A stretch of 64,000 nucleotides of DNA from contig NMRA01000123.1 of the NCBI GenBank assembly GCA_002633005.1, positions 23,876 through 87,875 on the forward strand. The letters run 5' to 3'. The stretch is from Phoronis australis. Lineage: Eukaryota > Animalia > Phoronida. The notes under the pieces were generated by a model that ran no database searches, had not been told where the DNA came from, and was given only the letters and a program-made list of their open reading frames with translations. The translations under genes were made by a program, and so were the position numbers. Below are positions 28,001 through 39,039 of this stretch, in pieces; position 1 is the first letter of the stretch, and each line of letters begins with the position of its first letter.

Positions 28001-31000
28001 TGTGTTTTCCAAAATCTGAAAGTTACTCTTGCCGATACACGTGATGCTCGCAGCAGGAAACTGAATTTACGTTCAACACTTGTACTGCTATCCAGATTAA
28101 TTACTGAGAAGACGAATTCGGCACAACGGATATCAAAACCACACCCCATAGTTGTAATCACTGCCTCTGTTTTGTGCTATTTTAAGTAGAAAATGGCCCC
28201 AAAATAACTCCTGTTACAAATTACCGACCGAGTATTATCATCGTCCTCCCAGGATATGTATTTACTCGAATGTCACGCAATTATTTCAAATTGTTACAAC
28301 GTGTTGTCTGTTTCCTCGCCCCAATAAGGGATTGGGTTTCGTGATCAATCGGTCTCGGCTCGTATTAGTTTGCTGGTTTATCCCAGTCCGCGTTTTGCTC
28401 GCTAGAATAGCATCTTTAAAACGCTAAGCATGTGCGAAAAAAATTAATTTATTTAGATGGATCTTGGCTAAAGCTTCTAGCAAGTAATCGGGTGCCTGTA
28501 ACGAAATTTTATACACGCGAACAATTTGGAAGCAAATTGGCTACTAGGAAAGATTGAAAGCCGACATAATTTTCGCCCTTCTGTTTTCAATTTCTTAAAA
28601 TCTAATAAATTAAGGCCACCAGGCGGCGTTAACCCTGACATAGAGCACAACAAGGACAGAAATTCCATTTCAAGCAAAAAAAAAGCTGGTTTTAAAGTAA
28701 TGGTGAGTAAGTCCTGTGTGCCGCGCTCCGTCGGTTGACGCTACATTGAATAATGCTGCTGACGTCATCAAAATACGAACTGTCACGCAGAAGAATGCAA
28801 GGCGCGTTTAGAGCAGCGTTGAGCTTGCAAACATGTCTTGTTTGTGCACGCATTGCATTGTTTTTTGTCAGAAGAGTAGATATTGCAACGAGAGTTCTCA
28901 ATTTTTGTTCTCAGGCACTTTGTTAGCGAACTGAATGCCATGTGCTGAAAAGAAAAAAATCACGCGTTGGCTGGTTCGGATCAGACTGTTACGGGTTGAT
29001 TTAGGAGCGGCAGTTGCAAGACGAATACTTTAGCCTGTGTTTTTAAAAAGTCTAGACAGCTTTTGAACTCCAATATAGCTTGATGATGCTGGGGTTGCGT
29101 GTTTCGCACCATAGAATCCTGAAAGGAGTGGCTTGTTGGAACTTGAGCAGATTTGTTTCCTAAGAGGTTCCCCAAAAGTAACCAAAGAATAGAAATTTTT
29201 GTCATATGTCAAATTTCATTATCTCTCTTTCTCTCTGGTCGCCATTTAACTACGACCCGGTCGTATTTTTCTGGCAATTTCGATCGTGTTGGCAAAAAGT
29301 GTTAAGTGCGTGTAATTATAGTTATTGACAAATGAACTCTGACGTAGCAAAGTGGATCAAAACACTGCACGCTCAAATCAGGAAGTCGTTAATGGATCTC
29401 AGATTATTTTCGTATCACGTAGAATAGAAGCATTCGTTGTTACGCGTATCTTGCTTCAGTGTGTTTGTATCCATTGCATTATCTACCCGCGCAGTTAGAA
29501 TGGAGTAGTGAAATGAGCTGGTTCTCCAGTGCTGTAGTGGGGCGTAGGCGCACGTAGGCGCACGTAGGCGCAGCCAACCACCGTTTGGCATTTGAACGTA
29601 GCGCCTACGCACCGTAAGTTACATTCAGTGCTCAAGGTGATACGGTTGGCTTTTGGCGCCTACTTACCTATAATTTTACCACTACAGCACTGTCGTTCTC
29701 CAAAGAACACTCTGGCGTTCCATATCTGCTTCATCTCCTGCGGGGATGAGAATAACCTCGTATAGAATTTGTGAAAAGGTTAGATTTCACAATTTTGTTA
29801 CTCAAGATGCTATACCGAAGCAGAAGAAAAAAAAACAGGCACAATATTTTCACAAACTGGTTTTCCAAAAGTTTTGAATTCTAATGTTTTTTTTTGTAAA
29901 AAATTAGCATGTTTGAAAAAGTGGGAAAGTTCCTTTAATGATACGTGATTTCATTGGTCATGGTATGGACCATTTTTGACTGCGGCAGGAGTGTCCAATC
30001 GGTAATCTGACACACAAGTCATTTAATCTGAACATATAGACCACTTCGCGTAAATGATCTCTAAAGTAAGCGGCGTAGGAATTGACCAAATTAAAGTGAG
30101 AGCAATCTGTTCAAACTCACTCGTCTTCAAATTTTAACGAAGACAGAGGCCACCGCAATCCATGAAAGATATCGCCACTGCTCTCCGCTATGTTTACGGA
30201 ATCTACTTCCACGTGACCTGATAGCAAAATTTTAGAAAGACATGAATATTTTTGCTATAAATAATTTAAATTAGCATTTCGCCATGTTTACTCAGAGAAA
30301 ACGAAAATGAAACTAAGTCTTTCACTCTAATAAAATCGGTCTCATTATATTTGTTATCGGGACAGGATTCTATTTCCGTCACTAAAAAGAACATCAAAAC
30401 CATTAACAACCCAAGAAAACGCTTCACAGTTTACTGACGTTGGCTAACCTGGCCTAAAATTGCAAATTCGAAATTACGAACATACGCATAGCTGTGACTT
30501 TAGTTACCAGTCGACTAGAGCGTGGTAAAGCGCTTCGCTTAAACACTTCAATAAACGCAAGGAACATAATCTTCAACCATATTGCAAATAGTGGTTACCG
30601 TATTCTTTGTTAGCTACTAAGCAGTATGTTTTTAGTTAAATTTGATTAGGTGCAATATATTGCCCGCATGTTTCACCTCGTTAGACGTCAGTTTGTACCC
30701 ATTATATCAAAATCTATTAAAGTGAGATTCGCGTACACTTTTGGCGGAGTTCCTAGAACCTGCAACTTGGAACAACAATAAAACTAATTTGAAACATCAA
30801 AACAAAGCATGTGAGCGCCATCTCGGAAGTAACACACAATCGTGGAAAACTCATCTTGTCTCATAAATCAGTGAACTCAGGATGTGTACACTGAAAATTT
30901 GTAGCCGTTCAGTTCATTGTTAGGGTGTCCCACATTGTTTAGAACTAGTTTAACACCCGTTATCCGGTGGAGGAAACTGGTTCTCAAAATTCCGATACCC

Positions 31001-34000
31001 TTGTAAGTGACTAGTAGTCGAAATATGATTTAAAACACTCCTTTCAGTTCATGGTAACTTATTTCTTCAAAGGACCTCCGACAATACCACGATAAAAACG
31101 GGGTAATCACGTTCCCGGTTTTCAAAAAACGCATGATCTTGGAACTTAGGCTAGACTTGGGGCCAAAGAACATAAAAAGATCTTCAAATAACATTATGAA
31201 CCTAACCGCGGTGACCGACGGCAATACCGGCATACTTCCAACAGCTATTTTGCTTACAAAGAAATGTAATTGGGCAAAGAGTTTAGCTGGCGGGTATCGT
31301 TCATCATTTTAAATTTCAAAACGCCTGTCAATAAATACGACAATGCGAAATTAGCTGATTTAATTTTGTCATTGGTCAGACGCACCCACATGACCTTAAT
31401 AGTGAGTTAAAGCAACAAGAAGTGAAAAGGCGTTTAAGAAGACACTCTGGGCTCCATTCTAGGAAAGGTTTTCAAAAGCGAAAATTAAAAACCCCTTTCG
31501 CAATTCCTTCGATTTATTGGTAAGTTTTATTCCTAATTCCATTTCTCCGAACCAAATGGTTTTAGAGTGGCTTCGTTGTTAATCGAGAGAGACTAGTTTG
31601 CAGTTTCGGAAGGGCGAGGCTCCGACATCTGGACCTGTATCAGGTTAACTATTGTGAACAGGAAGTGCCATAGAGGATTCTTTTGGGGGGCCGATTTCAT
31701 CCACACGTTCACGGAGAGTAGTAGAGTCAGACTGGAGACCATAATATTTGAACAGTGAAGTTATAAAAATAAAAACAGATCAGTGGAATATTTTATAAGG
31801 TTCGGTATGTTTTTTGTGTTAACATAGAAACATTCTTTGGAATAAATACGCAAGAGGAGTTTTGCGTACGCCGGCACCACACACCAACGCAAGTTCTAAT
31901 GCGTCCGACCACAAGATGTTATTGGTCTGAGGTTTCACAAAGTACACATGACCAATCCAGAGAATGCGTTCCATTCCCATACCGTAAATCCAACAATGAA
32001 AGCCGACGTTTACTGTCTCGTTTATCAGTTGTAACATAAATAAACAAAGCGCCCCCGGTGGCCGTTCGTCTTCCTTCGTTCCAACTTACTGTCCCTACTC
32101 CCAACTTACAGGGTGACAATTTCCGAGCTGACGACGTAGTGGAAAAAAAATCTACGTACGCGTTCATTTGTTTGCGGGCCACGTTCAGACATAGACATTC
32201 TTGCACACAATCAGAGTATAACTTTGGTTCAGGGGATGAGTGAGGGTTAGGCTAGACTTAGGGATTTTTTGCCGTACATGCTCGCCTTGAAAATAATGTG
32301 CCTGAGCGTGAAACCTCGCACCACCAAGGTGACACTGAGTCCATATCTTATTAAAAAATTAAGGCGTTTAGAAACATTTACAAAATACAAGAAGCAGCTT
32401 TTAAATTAAGTTGTGATTGAAGAATGACATATCCGTTATAAAATTGTAGATGTTGTTGTGTTTTTCAATTTGAACTCAACTAATCTGTTGAAACTAACTA
32501 AGGACTAGATGTAGTGTCACACTCGACATGTATTGTCGAGTGCGGCAACATATGTGACAGCAAAGGGCGACTCGGCCACACTCGCTGAGCGCTGCTTTCA
32601 ATTAACTCCTCAAACCCGATTACCATGTTCAAGATGGTCACTTTCTACGTCTTGCAACAAACTTGTTGTTGACTTCAACGTTCTTGAATATTTTAACACC
32701 CAAAAATAACTTTGTACGCAGATGTTGGTGAAATAAGGTGGCAAGGGTCAGTATATGGTCAAATACGCCGGGCATTTTACTTTTAATCCAACCAGAATCG
32801 TAATAATGTCATTCATTATTACTGGCCAACTACAGCGCCATTATAATTCATAATGTCACACAAAATCTAAATGGAATAGGTGCTATTCTTTTTAGAATGC
32901 ATGTTCAATGATGATCTTCGTATGCTAGAGCAAACTTGAAGTTTAAGAGGTCGAAATGGACGCCACGAGTATGAATTCTCTCAGCTATTCAAAACATCAC
33001 TAAACATCCGCGACGCACGTCTTCATATTCTAAAAGTTTGATGGATATCCGTGGCTGATTTTCCATTTATTCATCGGACGGTACATGTCCCGTCTAAATA
33101 AACCAACATCGGAGAAAAATTTTACCGAAACCAAAAAGACCCGCGACCACTCTTCATGAGAATCCGGATAACGACCAGACACTCCCAAACGGATGTAGCC
33201 TTCTACGGAAACTCACTTGCGCCTACTCCGCATGCCTTCAGAACAAAATATGAAGGTTTGAATAAATACGTCACTCGATATCTGATATGGGCGCATGGGC
33301 CAAGAATTGTTCACATACGGCAATGACGTCAACAAGCGTAACTAATTTTTCATATGTACGGTAACGACGCCAACATGCGTTTAGCATGAAGTCATTTTGA
33401 CGTCATTATGACGTTTTGGACCCAGTGTGAAGGCATTTCTATTCATATTTCGGAGTAAATTGCGTCATCTACTGCCATGACACGTCATCACTAAACAACC
33501 GAATTGCAACCTTGATGACGTGACAGCGAGCAGACTGGTATGCAAGGCCGTACTTAGGGCACGGACTGGGGCCCAGCATCTTCAAGGGTCCCGCGCCATC
33601 AGCAAAACCCCCAAATACTAATTCCTTTAGGTACACAACTGTCATATAATTCGGTTGCTCCCAGTGGTAGACTGCTCGATGGAAATTTGTCCACGTCTGT
33701 TTCACGTAAACCAGCTAAAACATGATTGGAAAGTAACAATACACGATGTCGTCATGTACACGTGACTGAGAAAAATAACCCGCTAACGTAAATAGGGTCG
33801 GGCGGAAGTAATTATCAACTGCGATTACATATACAGACGTGTTTTTTTTGCGCACCATACTCGTATTAAGCGTTCATTGCCATGCACAGAACAACTTACG
33901 CCTTACCTGTGTGTGGACGCTCCATTCAAAAGTGGGGTAAGTTGCACTAGCGCAGGCTGTGTGTGAACGGAACTATATAGTGCACTTTGATGACGTAAAC

Positions 34001-37000
34001 GAGGTTGTAAGGTCGTTTGCAAAACATTTTACTTTGTGACAAGAAACTCACGATTGTAGCCATTTTCACGAGAGTGCAAAACGTACTTTCCTCGGTCTGG
34101 AAAATGAAGAAAAAACGCCATTATCTTGGTGTAAACAACTGACGTGAAAAAGCTAATTGTCTATCGTATTTTCTTATAGTTGTTATGCAAATGTCCCCAT
34201 TACTCTCGTATTTGTCTTTTCACAATCCACTCTTAACGTCGACAAAAGCGTACGCTGACATCAAGCCTCGACTCCCTGCCCCATACCTAAAGAGAACGTA
34301 GTAACAGTGAATGGTCCCTTAAAATAATGCTCTCGTTTTGTTTTGTTTTGTACGATAGGTCGCAATTTCCACAGTCCCTAGGCCAAGGCCGCTTTTTACG
34401 TTTGTTATGGGCAATGCTTTTTACAAAAATACATCTGTGTACATTTTGCCAAAGGATAAACAGATGTCGCCACATCAGACATGAGTCAGAGCGGAAAATA
34501 GAACTGCACTAATCTCAGGACAGTCGTAGGTACATGCGTCCGCCATATTCCACAGTATGAAATTCAATGCCAAAGTAGGGGGCCCTTTTTAATGCTTGCT
34601 CACAATTTTAAGAACGAAGAACTTTGTTTGCGTGTTTATAGTTGGAGGATAAGCGGCCTGGTGAATATGATATGGCTTGGCTCGAGAGCTATTTGTTGCA
34701 CGCCTTTGTAGCCAAGAAGACAAGAGAGATCACGCATCCAACTACGCTCTGTACCCTGGGTCCAACAGTTACTTAATACGATCATAGAACCTGCTACTAT
34801 GCATTTATGATACCAGGGCATCCACAGAAAAAAATACAGCAGTCCCATCACGCGCTGAAACTCAAGTGAAGAAAAACGGCAAGAGTGAGCATTGGTGGAC
34901 GAACTTCCCTATACGTTTAAAGACAGTTTCTACCTTGACAAAAACCAACAAATCCATTTTACTTTCTTGCAGGTTATTTGCTTGGCCGATGCCAAACTTA
35001 TACAATGGATCCAGGAAATGAGTATCTCGTTATGTCAACTGAAGAGTACGAGGACAAACTGGTTCTGCAAAAAACCCTGACTTCTGACGACGCGGATGCG
35101 GAGCGTGTTCAAAAAGCTTGTAATTTGAACAGGCAGCCCCCCACAGGTATACAGTTGTAGGTTATTGACGATGTCCCGTGTGAGGATTCTTGAAGAAGGT
35201 GTCATTGTAGTAGGAGAGTCTGTCGTACACTGTGCTCTACAAGCGTGTCTCTGTTTGAATATTCAGTGAATTACGCGAATGCTCTATTCAAATGCACATA
35301 GGCCGAATCTATGAATAGGCAGAGCCCTTTCACATCGTTTTGAAACAATTAAAACAACATTAGTACAGAGTGGTTACAGGAATAATGCGTTCACAGAAAT
35401 GTTATGACTAGCACTGTAAAAGATGCAACTTCATAGAATATGCTAATATTGAATTTTTGTGAGAGAAAAATCCGCGAAGGTTAACAATACCAAAATTAAC
35501 TTTTCGCCCGGAGGTAGAAAAACTTGTATCGGAATGATGGGCCTACGCTTTCGAAAGGTTTGGGCCACCACATACGGAGATATACGAACTGAGCAGCCTG
35601 CCTGAACAGTAACAGATCTGACAGCGAGGACATTCTGTTTCATATTTTCCTGCGCATTGACGTGAGTTACCTGCTCAGCTATCCTTCGTTTGAGGACGGT
35701 AGCTCAACCCATAATAGCTCTCCGTCTGCGGTTGGCTTTGGCTGTTGAATGTTTTTGAGTTGCGATGGTATACGTATTGTATTGCCGTAATTCACCGATT
35801 GTTCAACAAACAATAAATCTTTAGTAACATCAAAAAGACGAATATCAAAATAATTTTGCTAATTAGTCATTAGCGCGGCAGCAGTGTACAGTTGTGGCGT
35901 GCTACATTCCAGGTGAATACCGCGGAGAGGGACGGTGGTGTGTTATTGCGGGCTGCGACTTTTCATTGGCATTGGACATTTTGAGTTTGAAAATTGTTAA
36001 GTTTGACTTGATGTTTGTACTTACCCTTGATATCTCAGTTCACGAACGATGCTTGGTTTTGTAGGTTTGGCGGAAGTACACGAAAACTGCCCGCGTGCAG
36101 CTTCGGAAAATGACTGCATTGCAGGACCTATCGGTAAGAGTGAAAAGTACAACTTACAATGTCCCTTGGTATACTGTATAGCTAAAAAGAGATCCTAGTT
36201 TATTCAAAAGTTTGAGAAAATGTTACGTTTATGTACAATTCTTGATTGTTCAGGACGTAGTAGGCGGGTTTAGGGTCACCGTATAATTAACATGCCGATT
36301 TTAAGGCTTGCAGGTGTTTTCGAAAGCTGTGATTGTCTCCACACTTGCGCCATCTAAAATCTCCGATTGTGATTACACTTTTGAATTGTATTTGATCTAC
36401 TTCGGCACGAAAATGTAGCCAAAACGTAAACGTGAATAACTGCATAATAGTAGTAGCCTATATATGAACACTAAGCACTATGTTGGCCTATTAACAGATA
36501 TGAACGACTTTCCCAACCAGCTCCCTATAGTAAAACAATACATACACAAAACGTACCGAGAGTGGCGTACATGAAGTAATATCCCACGAGACATTATTAC
36601 GCGTAACGACCGAGACCGAAGGTCGAGGCCGATACGAGGAATAATGTCGAGTGGGATATTACCTTATGTACGCCAATCGAGGTACGTTTTGTATTTATCC
36701 CATACGCTTCGAGTTTCTTTCGTTTTTTCCGCAGACTTTTTAAATACTTCACTCAGACTGTTCACGTGGCGGATTACATCCTATATGTATGTACTTGGCC
36801 GTTAGGCTGCAAGTTTTCTCTAGTAAAAGAAATAGTTTTAAATGTGACGATTTATTACTTGAAAATAGATAACAAAGATGAAAACAAGGGTAACTTTTCA
36901 CTGAACTTGTAACATCTCCTGAAAATAGTTAAATAACAACAATATTTGATACTGTAGTTAGGCCTACCGAGGAATCGGCGCCTGAGTTGCAGACGATAAA

Positions 37001-39039
37001 ATAAAGAGCAAATGAAAACTGAGACAGAACTGTCATATAATTAACAGTCCTGTTTCAGATGTTACGATTGAGACCTGATTGTATGTTGAGCGTTATTTAC
37101 ACTGCTATTAATGTATTACTTTAAATTGTTTTTCGAAAGTTTGGTGATCGAACCGGCTAATGAGGTCGAGTCGACATTGACCTACCTTTTGAACTTTCCA
37201 TGCCAGAGTTCACTGTTGAAGTAGTGCGGGTGGTGAATACGGAAAACTTTATTACATGGCCGTATTTCCCTCGACAGATTCAACGCGTATGGTATAAAGT
37301 ACTGTAGCTATCGCCCCACCCTAAAAAAATTGGAGCAAAATTTCATGAAGTCTGCTAAACGGACAAGCGCGGAATCAACGCCTTAGGCGAATTCCATGAC
37401 AACTGTAGGGAAGGATCGGCCACTGACAAGCCACCTACCATGAATAGCCACACGATATCCTTCCGGTGACACAGTGGAGTATATCGGTGTTTTAGTTAAA
37501 TCCTGTTTTTATCATTCAAGTCAGTCGCTGGTGCATTAGAAGGGGACAGAACGAGGATTGGCTTAACTCGGCAAAACAGGGGTTTAATAATCTGTTTAGG
37601 ACATCTCGCCGAGTCATCCAATCGTAGTTTGTCCAAGAATTGCTAACCAATGAGCTCCGTCAAACGCGGCTTCCTTTTCAGAGCAACACCTCAACGCGTG
37701 CAAGATCGGATCGGACACCCACGAGCACGATGAGACTTGGCTCGAACACAAACCCTGTGTTGAAAGATGCCGGTGTTCTTATGGAAAGGTCGTCTGCAAC
37801 AAGATTTGTCCCCCCCTCGGAGATCTACCAACTCCTTCGGAACACTGCCCAGAGCCCCACTTTACTCCGCATCAGTGCTGTCAACGTCTTTCCTGTTACA
37901 AAGGTGAAGGTTTAGCCCTCTCACAACCCTTCCCGTTTTTTGTTCCCTTTTGCAGAGCATAGTCGTCAGGTGAATGCTACGTTGCGCATGTTTGCCTTGC
38001 AGCACGATCTTTTTCGGTACCCGGAAATTCTAAGAACGTGTCTCTTTGTTGGAACATTTTGAGGAAAAAAACAAGCAAAGTTATTTTGTCAAGAAATCTA
38101 TTGCACATTAAAGTGCTACTCAACACCACTTGCATACCGTCAACATTCAGGTCAGCATATAATCCCCTACGTACCGTTTTGTCTACATATTTACATTTCG
38201 TTGAGAAGCACTTTAATTCTTCATATAGTTAACACAAGCGTCCCAAACTGGGGAATTTTTATCGTAATACCACTGGGTCATGCAATTTTATGCTGTTACA
38301 CTTATTGTTAAAATTGGCCAGGGGAAGAACAGCAGTTTGTTACTTCTTCGGACCACTAAAGCTCAGATTAAATGTTCAGGTCATGGCAAGCCCAGGAACC
38401 CGATTGCCAGACTGAGTGAGGAACAACTGCCGACACGACCAATTTTATAACGTTAGGTGGCCTAAATCAGAACTCATTTTTGATAAAAAATTGATAAAAA
38501 ATCCCAGGTTTAATGCCGCTTCAAACGGATTTCAAGCTATTGAATCGCATTGCAGTAGTTTATGGAAACCTTATTCTTCGTCGCAGGATTTTGAAAGTTA
38601 CAACCGGTTTGGTCTAAACATAGCATCAGCAATATTCACGATGATTGAAAAAGCGCCTGCTAGTTTGTTCAATTAATAACTCTAATCAAACGTGGGCTAA
38701 TTTATTCCAGTACATCATCATGTCAAAAAACTTTAATTTAACACTGACATTGCAGATACGAACAACAACGAAGAGGGCACCGTAGACCCGGAAACAACAG
38801 AAACCCCACCTTCACCTGAAATAACTACGCAGAAACCCAACGTGAAAGTGAAGAACGGTGGTGATACGAAGAAAGATGGTGCAGAGAACATTCATGTTGT
38901 TATTAAACCACCTGAATCATCGGAGGCGAGAGGCGACGCGTCGACAAGAAAGATTATGGCGTCACAGGGAGCAGTGGCGGCCATATTACAAATGATGGTC
39001 ATCAGTTTTACCGTACGACCACATCTGTTTTTATTCTAG
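21789..39039 (+). CDS. Uncharacterised cell-surface protein: signal peptide, agrin-NtA/TIMP-like domain, VWC domain, T/P-rich stalk, GPI-signal-like C-terminus; 5 exons, about 336 aa (383 aa if started at ATG 21648)
   Basis: Exons 21789(or 21648)-22050, 34973-35146, 36065-36133, 37682-37903, 38756-39039; all introns are GT-AG, phase 1, and the frame is open throughout. SCSQ..DASDVVFYGKV..YDVEMEVYCTFKG resembles the NtA/NTR pattern; CKIGSDTHEHDETW..PC..CRCSYGKVVC..ICP..C..CC...C is a VWC Cys pattern. Confidence 0.8.
23442..24001. mobile_element. Short cagtggcggatc-type MITE interrupted by a nested element
   Basis: Ends cagtggaggattt / ggatccgcccctg; GC-rich gggggccatggccccc core. Confidence 0.55.
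23564..23970. mobile_element. Nested MITE with 3-bp CTG TSD (Harbinger-like)
   Basis: TIRs ggcccggtctccaatcttt..tcgaaac / gtttcga..aaagattagagaccgggcc; ctg on both flanks. Confidence 0.75.
26200..26318. other. Assembly gap (119 N)
   Basis: Run of n. Confidence 1.
29527..29692. mobile_element. hAT-like MITE, 166 bp
   Basis: Perfect 14-bp TIR cagtgctgtagtgg / ccactacagcactg; 8-bp TSD tggttctc / tcgttctc (1 mismatch); internal (cgtaggcgca)x3. Confidence 0.8.
34973..35146 (+). CDS. NtA-VWC gene exon 2
   Basis: ttgcag|(G)YLLGRCQTYTMDPGNEYLVM...KACNLNRQPPT|gtatac; 174 nt, phase 1-1. Confidence 0.8.
36065..36133 (+). CDS. NtA-VWC gene exon 3
   Basis: ttgtag|(G)LAEVHENCPRAASENDCIAGPI|gtaaga; 69 nt, phase 1-1. 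Confidence 0.72.
36535..37299. mobile_element. Element with a 5' long hairpin and subterminal inverted repeat
   Basis: ~70-bp arms 36546-36692 around gaccGAAggtc; tttatcccatacgc (36694-36707) is inverted at the far end as gcgtatggtataaa (~37286-37298). Confidence 0.6.
37682..37903 (+). CDS. NtA-VWC gene exon 4 (VWC domain)
   Basis: tttcag|(E)QHLNACKIGSDTHEHDETWLEHKPCVERCRCSYGKVVCNKICPPLGDLPTPSEHCPEPHFTPHQCCQRLSCYK|gtgaag; 10 Cys; 222 nt, phase 1-1. Confidence 0.85.
38756..39039 (+). CDS. NtA-VWC gene exon 5 (T/P/E-rich stalk and hydrophobic C-terminal tail)
   Basis: ttgcag|(D)TNNNEEGTVDPETTETPPSPEITTQKP...SQGAVAAILQMMVISFTVRPHLFLF*. Confidence 0.78.
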
